64,000 bases of DNA from NCBI GenBank assembly GCA_965655095.1, contig OZ296649.1, positions 52,266,001 to 52,330,000 of the forward strand, written 5' to 3'. The number at the start of each line of letters is the position of its first letter. The stretch's first letter is position 1. The notes under the pieces were generated by a model that was given only the letters and a program-made list of their open reading frames with translations, searched no databases and was not told where the DNA came from. Shown here in pieces: positions 53,683 through 64,000 of this stretch. This DNA comes from Haplodiscus bocki. Lineage: Eukaryota. The translations under genes were made by a program, and so were the position numbers.

Positions 53683-55089
53683 CAAGGACGGATCTGGGGG
53701 GATGGCCGGGGTGGCTGCAGCCACCCCGTTTGAAGGCAGAAAAAAAGAAAATTAACGTGTAATTACACATGAGAGGTGCGTTTTCCGACATAGCGTGTTT
53801 GGTATTGATGTGACCGTATTAATTCAAGCAATTCAATGAGCGCGGTTGCTAAGGGAACAAAGCGCGCGCGTGCAAAGCGTGTGTCACTTGATTGGCCAAT
53901 ACTGCTAGCCTGTTTTGCGTGTTGTTATCGCCACAACACGCTGCCAATTTGAGGCTTGTCTATTGCATATGTTATAGCTTGTTTTGCAGCCATTTTTACC
54001 GCGTTTTTCACACACTTTAAAATACGTTTTACTATCTAATATTTCAGATAGGTTTGAGCTAATGTCAAAGCGGTTTGGTTCCTCAATTATGAGCTTCTTT
54101 GGGAAGAGAGCGAAGCCTGATTCCGCACAAATTGTGAATCAACCTTCAAATGAAATAGAAAACAGTGGGCGTGTGGAATTGCCGATTGTGAATATCAACA
54201 CAACTGCCAACGAACTTGACGTTTCTTCGTCTTACATGGATATTGCAGATTGTATCGACAAAAATATTGATGATAGAAGAAAATATTGCTTCTTAAAAAG
54301 CGATTTATTGCCCGAACGTGATTATATCTTTCCATTTGCTGAACGTAGAAACAAAGACAAAGTTCATAGGCGTTATTTACAACGCGAGCACCTTGTGAGG
54401 TACCCTTTCCTGGCATTTTCGAAAGAAAAAAAGGGTTATATTGCAAAAACTGCTTTTTCTTCTGTAACATTCAATTATTGCAAGCATCTTGCGGATACGA
54501 GGAAATCGGTTTGATTACGAAGGCGATGACGCAGTACACTTATTTGACGGATATAGTGTCAAAGCATACAGAAAAAAAGTATCATAAGGAAGCAACGCTT
54601 AAATCTATGGACTTTTTGCACAGCTATGAAAACCCAGACCCTTAAGGACTTGAGTCATCTCGGTCAATTTTATGCGACTGTTCTGCCAAGCCCAGAAACA
54701 CTTCAGCAAGAATTGGATTTATGGAATGCGCATGTTGTGCGGAAAAAGTGTTTGGCAGAAACAGCAATTGAGGCCATGCAACTATGCCAACCAAATTTTT
54801 TCCCAAACATCAACAGATTGTTACAAATCCTGGGTACCCTTCCTGTTTCCGTTGCCGAGGGTGAACGCTCATTCTCTGCGTGCAAACTGCTGAAAAATTA
54901 TTTGAGAAATAGATGTGCTCAAGAACGACTTTCTGCATTGGCGCTTATGTACATTCATAAAGACATGGATATTGATGTAAATGATGTGATCGACATGTTT
55001 GCTAGAAAGCATAAACGAAATTTAAATTTCATGTCTTAATTTTTCCCCCAAACAGCCACCCCCCTAAAATATTTCCAGATCCGTCACTG
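53683..55089 (+). mobile_element. Internally deleted non-autonomous hAT DNA transposon (1407 bp)
   Basis: TIRs caaggacggatctgg / ccagatccgtcactg (13/15 match); perfect 8-bp TSD ATCTGGCG at 53675-53682 and 55090-55097; N-terminal zinc-finger remnant (GLYCKNC..KH..YH after a frameshift at ~54430); hAT C-terminal dimerisation domain (FPNINRLLQILGTLPVSVAEGERSFS..ERLSALALMYIH). Confidence 0.95.
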
Positions 55090-55141
55090 ATCTGGCGGAC
55101 TTTATCTTTCCGAAATTTAACGGTCTCCAAAATTAACTAAC

Positions 55142-55573
55142 CTTTTCAATTCTACGAATTTCTCGATCGAATTCATGGTCAAATTCTTTTTGCAACATCT
55201 GGGCCATTAGCCAATCGGACGACACGTCGTTTGCCTCCAATGAGAATGCGGCAATGTCAGAACAGAGCGCACCGACATCTTGGCCACCAAGGCAATTTTT
55301 TTCAAATTGAGCCTCGTCAGAAACAATAGAATTCATGAACAAATCAGAAGCAGTAGGAGTGAATCCAGCTTGAACATTTTCCTGTTCCTGAAGTTCTCTC
55401 GCAAGCTGTTCACTCATGAGTTCTTCCAAACTGACTACAACGCCTGGGGGCGAGCCCAGACCTTGGATATTTGTATAATTTGCAGCATCAACGCTGCTGT
55501 GTTCTGCAAGTGTCTCACATGGAGGAGAGTTTCCCGTAGAGTTTTTCCAAATCATCTGTGCTGAATTAGACAT
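55142..55573 (-). CDS. RIOK3: Serine/threonine-protein kinase RIO3, coding exon 1
   Basis: First in-frame ATG at 55573; SLEELMSEQLARELQEQE and SSDWLMAQMLQKEFDHEFD are RIOK3-type N-terminal motifs; donor AAG/gttagt in phase 0 joins 47787. Start codon less certain. Confidence 0.88.
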
Positions 55574-56481
55574 TACCACAGGCACAGAATTCTGAAGAGA
55601 TACACCACGTTGATAGAACGACGTTCTACCAACAACCGACACTTATCTTAAATTAAATGAACAATGTGCTTACTATATTATTGTGCCGCACGACATTAAA
55701 GTCAACTTCCAATGAAATCAGATCAAGTTCTTGACGTAATATGACATCAGGTAAAAAATAGTAGCAATACGTCTAGATTGCAACAATTTTCTAATTATGC
55801 TTAAGAAGCATTTATAAGTCAAATAATAGAAAGCGTACACAAAAACATTGCATCTCCGGATGAAACGGAGAACTACTTGACTCTAACCAACTACTGTGCA
55901 AAATTCTACTTCCGTTAATGGAATAATCGGTTAAGCACCAGTCAAAACTAAATCACTGAAAAAAACAGCAGTCCAAAGGAGTAGACGGACGCATGAGGGA
56001 TAGATGGCGTCAAAATAGACACTTTGTACAAAACAGTGAAAATGCTTTTCGGATATTTATCTCGATTTTCGATTATATTTTCACGCAGATTTTCCACTGC
56101 TCAATGAATCAACCAGGCACTAGCATATATTTTTTTGATTCATGAAATAATAGAAGGATCGTGCGTACTAAAGCCAGCATTCATGGGGGAAAACATTAAG
56201 GAGCCCGTGATTAAGTAAGGGCAAACAGAAAAACAAGCGTCACTGCCCTGCAAGCTACAGAGCCTCCTTACAGTGCCAATAACGGTCCCATATATTAAAC
56301 AAAAAACATTTAAAACATCAGCAAGGGGAGGTAAGATTTATAAATTAGGTCTTCGTATTACATATTCGACTACATCGACTATATAGGGAAATAAATAAAT
56401 GGCCCAAGACCCTCAAGGGGAGCTTTTGGTGTTTCGAAAAAGTTTGGCTTTTTCCCAAGAAAAATCAACAGAAAAAATGGG

Positions 56482-59400
56482 TATTATTATTATTAGGGAT
56501 TTACAGTCTTACACATGATAAAACTGAAGGGTTTATTCAACCCAAACTAAAAAATATTTGTTTAGCACCTAGTTTGGCGACATGTTGGACAAAGACATAG
56601 TTTGCGCCAGGTACAAGGGACCTGGGGATTGTATGCGTACTCGAAATGCTTCCAGTACTGGTCCAGGAGACGTGCTTTAAGGCCTTCTGGTTGAGACAGG
56701 TTTGTCATCGGGTGTAAAGGTTTGTCATCGGGTGTAAAAGATTTGCAAGCTTCGCGCTTCGATACCAAAAGTTTTGGCGTTGCACGTCATTTGAAATAGG
56801 CATTAGGTCAAAAAGCTGGTTTTGTCTCTGTGATGGTTTTAGGAATGGTTGCCAGTCAAAGTCAATTTTGTTCGATATGATATTGGAAAGAAGTAGAATA
56901 TCGTTCAATTCTAGGTACAGAAATAGGGCGAGGAGATTGAGCCTCTTCAAGGCTACAGTGTAGTTGGGTTCGCCGTATGCGAGTACCCATTTCACTGCTT
57001 TCCATTGGGTCTGCTCGAGCTTTCTGAGGTTAGTCTTCGAGGCGTACCAGACTGTACTACCATATAGGAGGATGGGCAGAACCATCGATTTCACCAATTT
57101 GAGTTTCGTGCTGGTTGATAGTCCCTCTACTGTGTTCCGTTTTAGGAAACAGAGGGCTGAGAAAGCTTTGCATGTTGTCTCTTGTATGTGCACGTTCCAC
57201 TTCAGATCGGCTGTCACATGGAGCCCAAGGTCTTTGGTGGACAAGAAGGGTACGGGCTCGTCAGCTAGTGTAAGGTTTTGACATGGGGAACCAGCAAAGC
57301 ACATGTGTGCACACTTTGATACTTTGAATTGCATTTTGTGCTTTGAGCACCACTGGTGGATGATGTCGAGGTTTTCTTGAAGATTGCTAGCTTCGCATAA
57401 TTTATGAATGCTCAGTAGTTTGGAATCGTCAGCGAAACTGCAGAAAGCACAGTTTAGGTTTTGCGGCATGTCGTAGATTATAGCAAAAAGAGAAGCGGGC
57501 CCAGTAGTGATCCATGGGGCACTCCGCTGAGTACCAGAGGAGATCAGATGCTGTGCCGTTTATTTCGACGTATTGTTTGCTATTTGAGAGGTAGTCTTCG
57601 ATAATACTCAGCAGTTTCCCTCCGACACCGATGTGTTTCAGTTTGTTAATGAGGATCGAGTGGTCAATTTTATCGAAGGCTTTGGCAAAATCCAAGTACA
57701 CAGCGCTTCGATGTTGGTGTCAGCAGTTTTGTTGGAGTAGATTGTGCCGAGGTACACAAGTAGCTGAGAGATTTTTGATTTTCTCTTTTGGAAACCGTGT
57801 TGGGACTGGTGGATCAGATTTGCCACGTAGGGGAACAAAGAATCGAATATGCATTTCTCCAGGATCTTCAAGTGTATACATAGGAGGGTGATTGGTCTGT
57901 AGTTATTACAGAGTGACTTGTCACCCTTTTTGTAGATCGGCTTAATTTTTCCTGTTTTCCAGGCGTCCGGGAACTTGCATTTGTCTTTGATAGCTTTGAA
58001 GAGGTGGGAGATGGACTTGGAGAGGGCCGGCGTTTTCTTGAAGAGAGAGGCTGGGAGTTCGTCGTGCCCAGAAGATTTGTTTTCATCCAAATATGAGATG
58101 ATTGATAGCACTTTGTTTTCCGAGACGTCGTAGTTTACCAGGGTTGGGCCAGTGCTTGCTTCGTTCTGACGTTCTTGGTTTCGTTCTTTTTGTGAGAACA
58201 CAGATTGGAAAACATGTTGAAAAGGTTTGCAAGTTCTCTGTCGGTCGTTGCTATCGTGCCGTTCCTAAACATAGATGGTGGCACGACTGGTGGCTTTTTG
58301 ATTGTCCTGTAGTATTTGAAGAGCTTGTTTCCGTCTCTAATGTCGGCTAGTAGCGTTTCGTATCGTTGTTGGTACGTTTTCAGTTGTCTGTTGCATGCTT
58401 CAATCGCTTTTTCTGTTTTGTCTCTGTTTCCAGTTCGCTGGAGGGACTGCACTCGTTTCAGGAGACGAGAACCTTCTTGAGACACCCATGGTGGAAGTGA
58501 CTTTCGGTGCTTGGTTCTGGCTGGCACGGTAGTTTTTAGTCTTTCGTCTAGCCAGTTTTGCCATTGGGAGAGGACGTTGGGGTTAGACCAACAGATCCCT
58601 TTAGAGGGGTCTGTGGCAATGCTTCTGTCTAGTTCGTCGTAGTCTGCATTGCAGATGCTGTACTCCATTATTGAGGGCCGGTGCGCAGCGTGGTGTTCGA
58701 AGTGTATTTCCAACTGGATTGCTTGGTGGTCGGAAGCCGCACGTCCATCAATCGAGTATTTCGCGTTGAGGATAGCGTCGTAGTTGCCCGTACAACAAAA
58801 TCGTCGTTGCATAGAAGGACGTCCAGGGTTGCTTGGGCGAACGTGGGGATTCTGATTTCTTGTGACACGTGTAGCTTTTCCAGTGCTTGAAGCACTTCCG
58901 TTTCGTATTGGTTTTCAGAGATGAATGATTCCCAGTTTGTTTTTGGCATGTTGACGTCACCTGTTAAGACGAGTTTGGGGATATTGGATTTCCTGCGGGC
59001 CTCTACCAAATTTTCCGATTTTGATATTGGCCAGCGGTAGGGACTGTTTTCGGGCGGGTTGTAGACGCATACAACTAGGGGAGTGTCGTCGATGGTGCAG
59101 CCAACGGCGTCTTCGTTATTGTTTACTTTTTCGTAGAGTTTATGTGGCATGTTTTCTTTTATCGCCAGTAGCACGCCTCCGTGTCTGCTTTTTGTAGTGT
59201 ATTTTCTATCTGATCGGTATATCTGGTACTCTGTCAGGCCGATCTCTCTGCTAGCAATGTCTTGTGGTAGCCAAGTTTCCGTGAGGGCTAAGATCTCGCT
59301 ATTTGAAAGAAGCGCTGCTTTTGATAGTGTATTTCTTCGTTTTTTCGATATAAGGCTTCTGACATTGAAGCAGCTGATGTGAAGACTTTGGTTGACTATT

Positions 59401-59508
59401 AGTCAACTATCGGCCAGTTTGGCCTCCTGGATTTTTTCAGAAGGTGCTTGGAGTTTGATTTCTGTATCGTTTACAAACAATTTGAGGTTACGAATGCGGT
59501 TACGAATT
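56482..59508 (-). mobile_element. 5'-truncated CR1/L2-like LINE (end of ORF1, APE endonuclease-RT ORF2 with frameshifts, (TAA)n tail)
   Basis: EN motifs CFNVRSL, LTETWL, HGGVLL, YNPP, GDVN, SDH; RT motifs NYRPITLL, QHGFQK, YLDFAKAFDKIDH, FADD, KDLG; C-terminal TWRKLCLCPTC; ORF2 stop at 56562; tail seen as tattattattatta at 56482-56495; at least 5 frame breaks. Confidence 0.93.
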
Positions 59509-59519
59509 CATTTTTATCT

Positions 59520-59700
59520 AGTCATTTTTTTGTCTCGCACTGCCAAAAACCTCACAGGGGATCCTTTGATGCTTTTAAAAAATGTGGTTTTTTGAAACTT
59601 TTGATATAGAAGAGGGGAGTTAAAGATTTCGTAGGAATACTTGGTCTTGCAGCGCCGAAAGACTCTGTTGGGAAGACCATTTTGTCTTTCTGCAATTTGT
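59520..59700. repeat. Degenerate copy of the ~118-bp repeat family
   Basis: ttttgtctcgcactgccaaaaacctcacaggggatcc..gagggg..gtcttgcagcgccgaaa. Confidence 0.6.
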
Positions 59701-62000
59701 ATGTTTTTTTTCAGACCCTCATTCAGTTGGAGTACAGTACTGAGTTTTCATTTTTGTCGAGAACGCGGTAAACAAATCACCCATCATAATAGTTCAGCAT
59801 TTAGTATTCTATAGAAAAGGCCCTTGGCAAAAGCAATTAAGACGTGTGATGCATTAGGAATTTGGAAAAAGCTAGATTAAAATTGGCGGGAAATCAGTCC
59901 GAACCTTTATCTAAAATACGAATTACTGCATCTTCTGAAAAAGTGAGCAATGAATTTTCGAATGGAGCCCAGCTTTATCTGCAGATTTATCTATATACAA
60001 TAAGCTCCCAATGGAACCGCAGGAAAACAAAAAAAAATCGCGTTTTATCCAAAAATGAATCAGTGAATTAAGAAAGAAGACATCAATTCGTACTTCAATG
60101 GCACAAAAATAACTGCATTTGGAACAAAAAACATGAAAATATTGCATTTGATTTTTGCATTACCGCTGGCACTGCGACTCCAACTGCTGTCTTTCACAAC
60201 CCTCTATAACATTCTACAAAACACTTGAGCATTTAGTTATTATGATGAACCATCACAAGATACTACATTTTTGCCGCGCCAAAACAAACAATTTTAACTT
60301 CCGCTGAATGACAGTGGTTCCCAGAGGCTTTTGAGATCACTCGTAGAACCCATACTACTTTGGTTCAAACATAGACAAAAATTTTCGCCTACTTTCAGAG
60401 ATTCACGCTACAGAACTTCAGAAAACTCCATGGACAAAGAATAAAAATAGAAGCGGAGCGGAAATGTGCAGCACATTAGGCTTATCAACTGAGATCAAAG
60501 ATTATGAGATACATTTGAAACCATCACCCAAAACATGATTGACATACTGCACCACCTGTCAACCAGACGTTTGTACGAAGAAGTCAAACTTTTGCCATTC
60601 GAGACGAGTACCTGCGTCTCCCAAACTCGAATATTTGCTGTCTATCATGCATTTTAAGGTTGGGCCATTTTACAGCCCAACTTTAGAGAGATTCGTGCTG
60701 TAAAAAACTCGAAAAAAAAACTTAGCAGCCCACCTAGTCTAATTCAAAACATTATACGTCACATATGACCTCTTGGGACACAGTTGAGCACTTCTTCCAG
60801 ACCAACGTTTGAGAAAGGAAATTTTTACAAAGCAAAAACAAGCATCTGCCAATGTATCAAGATAGGTTGCAATTGACCACTCAAGATATGCCTAGACTCT
60901 CTGATGACATCAAAATTGTGAAATTTGATCAGGATAAAAAAACTGGTCATAATAAGGTTCCAATTCAATTTGTTCCTCTCAGCCAGATAATGTGAAACCT
61001 ACTGTATCTCGATCAGTCAGTCAATCCTAATACTTAAATATCTCTTATTTCAGGACCTGATTGTTAAGTACGTCAGAGTTGCGTCAATCAAGGATTTTTG
61101 TTGTTTAAAAACAACCAAGCTATAGTAATAATTTTCTCCCGTCTGAGATTTTCATGACTGCTCGGGTACTCTTGAAAATTTACAAAAAAAAAACAAGTAC
61201 AAATAGTTTATTTGGTTCAGAACTCAAAAAGGGGATTTGATATTTTTTGGTTGTCAAAGAGTTCTGGAGCTGAAACCAAGTTCATCTGTCCTCGACTAAG
61301 GTTTTTTCTTTCAGTACATGTCGCCCACACCCTTAAAACAATCGGGGCCTGTTGAAAAAGACCATCATAAATCTGATGGAATCCAGTGTGTATGAAACAC
61401 CAAAGTCAAATTGGTCAGAAGACAGAACGGACCCATTGACTCTTTAGGAACGTAGAAAGGGAACTTTTATCCTTATATAGAAGAGTGGAAAGACAGCCTA
61501 AGTATCCATTTGCCTAAAATTGTCGTCCTTGTGGTGTACCGTAGTTCTTTTTGCAAGTCTCAAATTGTTGCTCTCATCTTTGCATTGTTGTTTTAAGCCG
61601 AGAAGCCACCATGTATATGGTGTACAATTTTAATCAATAGTGTTTGAGAACAATCACGCTTTTGTTGAATTACAATTAATCATGATTGGAAAATGAGATG
61701 TTATTACAATCATGCAAAGGAGACAGTAACTTGGGTGTTAGGCAGTTCGGAATTTGACGTCTCACTTGCAATCTGACCATCTCGAAAAAAAATCAAGTTT
61801 TGAATGAATCAAACTCATTTGTTGAGATTAGACTTGAAGAACTTTCAGATAAACCGCATCATTGGCAAATCTACACCTGTTCGTTTTTTTTTCAAACGAG
61901 TTACTGAAGACGTTCCCGCGAGCGGAAACAAAAAACATGATATCGGTAAGAGTGTTTTTTATAGCCACTAGCTGTTCCGAGTGTGTTTGCGGGATTGCTA

Positions 62001-62222
62001 TTCACGAGTCCGAAAATTAATTTTAATTCCCATGAGTCCGAAACATTGTTTGCTTGAAATTAACTAACTTATATCATTATTTTAAGAACTTCGGTGTAAA
62101 CTCAGGTAACTAGTACAAATTATTATTACTTGAAAACTGTATTTCGTCAACAATTTTCAATCAAAGGTTATTTATTAATTTTCGGACTCATGGGAATTAA
62201 AATTAATTTTCGGACTCGTGGG
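62001..62222. mobile_element. MITE-like element with 41-bp perfect inverted repeats
   Basis: 62003-62043 cacgagtccgaaaattaattttaattcccatgagtccgaaa is the exact reverse complement of 62180-62220; AT-rich non-coding interior; a related end (attttcggactagtgaata) occurs at ~45380. Confidence 0.85.
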
Positions 62223-62512
62223 AAGACACCGCTTGCGGGAACTAGAGCACAAGTTTGATAGAGTTTTCTCCGCCGTTATATAGTTTTTTGGAAAAGTACG
62301 GTCGGCAAGATTTTAACAGTGACAAAAGCACATGAAAACAAACTGTAGCATTGCTGAAACGATGAAAACAACCTACTACAGGGTGAAAGACACAAGGAAA
62401 AGAACACGTTCCTTGTTAATGTTGTGATAAACTTATTAAATAGATCTTTTCAGGGATTTGATGCGGGGGTGGCAGTTGACACTCCAGATCATTTGATTCC
62501 TAAATTTACTTC

Positions 62513-62566
62513 TCGGTATTGCCATAGTACTATCGGTATTAGCGTAGTACCATCGGTATTGGCGTA
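62513..62566 (+). repeat. 20-bp tandem repeat x2.7 upstream of LINE ORF1
   Basis: tcggtattgccatagtacta / tcggtattagcgtagtacca / tcggtattggcgta. Confidence 0.85.
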
Positions 62567-62704
62567 AAAACCTGGAGAAGTTTCCAATACCCTACTTCAA
62601 TCTTCTCAACCTTCAAGACACAAAGTACAACAAGAGGCCACCTTCTTAGGTTCCAAAAACGTTTTGTATTGATATAAATCAGTTGCAAACATTATTTCTG
62701 CAAT

Positions 62705-63460
62705 ATGGTCAAAAAAGGCAAAAAAAGTTCAACAAAAACTTGTCTATGCTCTACATGCTCTGCTGAATTATCAGACAATTCCAATTCCATATGTTGCGAT
62801 TCGTGTAATAACTGGCATCATGGGTCTTGTGTGAACTTATCTGCTGAAAATATTTTTTTCCTTGGGAGTGGTAATAACTTTTTCTGGAAATGCAACAGTT
62901 GTATTTCCTTTAAGGTTACGCCACTTAAAACACTGGAAGCGAAAATTGACTCCGTCCTATTCAAACTAGAAGAACCCAGAACTGAAACACAACCAGCTCA
63001 ACCCTCAAAACCTATAGAAGTATTACAAAACAATAAATATGATCATCACTATAGAGTTCGTATTTCCGGAATTAGTGAAAGCAAAGAAAAATCATTTATT
63101 GATAGACAATTTGCTGATAAAGAAAAAGTGGAAGAAGTCTTCAAAAAACTAAATGTCAATTATCCAATTATCGAAACAAACAGACGTGGTAAGTTCATTG
63201 AAGATTCCCAAGGAAAACTAATAGCTACTTTCTCATCACCATGGGATGCGCGTTTAGTAATATCTAGTGCAATTCAGAAAAAATTATTTGAAACCGATAA
63301 ATTTCTCATTACAACGGATTTATCACCATCAGATCTTGCAATAGAAAGAAAACTATTATCGATGCGCTATGAACTGATATCCAATGGTGTGCCAAAAGAA
63401 ACTCTGAAAATACGTTACTTGAAACTTTATCAAGGCAATAAAGAGGTAAACGTCGACTGA
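62705..63460 (+). CDS. LINE (CR1-like) ORF1 protein with PHD finger, intact
   Basis: C4HC3 PHD: CSTC..ICCDSCNNWHHGSC..WKCNSC; VRISGISE and ITTDLSP..ERKL motifs typical of the ORF1 RRM/C-terminal region; endonuclease follows immediately. Confidence 0.9.
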   Translation: MVKKGKKSSTKTCLCSTCSAELSDNSNSICCDSCNNWHHGSCVNLSAENIFFLGSGNNFFWKCNSCISFKVTPLKTLEAKIDSVLFKLEEPRTETQPAQPSKPIEVLQNNKYDHHYRVRISGISESKEKSFIDRQFADKEKVEEVFKKLNVNYPIIETNRRGKFIEDSQGKLIATFSSPWDARLVISSAIQKKLFETDKFLITTDLSPSDLAIERKLLSMRYELISNGVPKETLKIRYLKLYQGNKEVNVD

Positions 63461-64000
63461 CTAAATAAAGAAGCACAATGTCTTTTAATCAATTGTCAGA
63501 GCCTTCTCTCACTTAATTGTCGCTTTTCGTTAGTATCACAGGTAAATTTAATATCCGCCGACATTGTTTTGTGCACCGAAACTTGGCTCAATGAAAATTT
63601 TACACAAAATATTTTTCCTGACGACAATTATTCAATTATAAATCGTTCGGACAGATATATTGGTTCACACGGCGGTGTATTGGTTCTGTCTAGAAAATGT
63701 TTAAAAGTGCGCAAAGCACCTCTAAATGCCGATTTTATGTGCTCAGTTATCTCTAACTATGTACTTATTATTACCATATACAATCCACACTTTAACAGTG
63801 ATTTTCGCATCAAAGATTTTATTCTGACAGAGAATATCGATAAAACTATTTCCAAAGCCAAATGTGACAACGTTATTATTTGTGGTGATTTTAACATGCC
63901 AAAAATCGATTGGAACAGCATGACTGAAAGCACAACTTCAGAGTATCCCTTATTCCTCGAAATGTTAACTAAAAACGCCTATGAACAAATTATTACTTCA
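63461..64000 (+). CDS. LINE ORF2 apurinic-like endonuclease domain (open to the window end; no initiating ATG)
   Basis: LNKEAQCLLINCQSL..VLCTETWL..RSDR..HGGVL..YNPH..ICGDFNMPKIDW; no stop in 180 codons. Confidence 0.9.

Noticed and set aside
60200-61700. Possible Penelope RT/GIY-YIG relic
   Set aside because: Only faint hints (VYE, IGQ); too degraded to support.
59400-63463. Genome-wide UGA reassignment or selenocysteine as the explanation for the LINE junctions
   Set aside because: KLHL8 and RIOK3 both end at TGA at plausible C-termini; the LINE UGAs fall exactly at the ORF1/ORF2 boundary, and I recognised no SECIS.
1-64000. Most short ORFs in the supplied track
   Set aside because: They use GTG/TTG starts, lack motifs, or are antisense shadows of exons and TE relics; the DNA is spliced eukaryotic sequence.

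Overview
AT-rich eukaryotic (invertebrate-like) genomic DNA, dense in transposon relics; no prokaryotic features and no CRISPR array. Two intact host genes lie on the minus strand, assembled by hand with GT-AG sites and consistent phases: a 12-exon BTB-BACK-Kelch gene matching KLHL8 (37128->23298, ~700 aa) and a 2-exon RIO kinase matching RIOK3 (55573->46492, ~575 aa). The rest comprises a decayed Polinton/Maverick-like region (pPolB, integrase, minor capsid; 1-12.45 kb), two copies of a tRNA-headed element carrying a ~175-bp tandem array, a ~118-bp tandem repeat family, a Gypsy relic and an internally deleted hAT element (8-bp TSD) inside the RIOK3 intron, a MITE, and two divergent CR1/L2-like LINEs. 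The most striking observation is that in both LINEs ORF2 is in frame with ORF1, is separated from it by a single UGA in the readthrough context UGA-CUA-A, and has no AUG before its first endonuclease motifs, which suggests programmed stop-codon readthrough. Family assignments come from motif recognition only; no searches were run.
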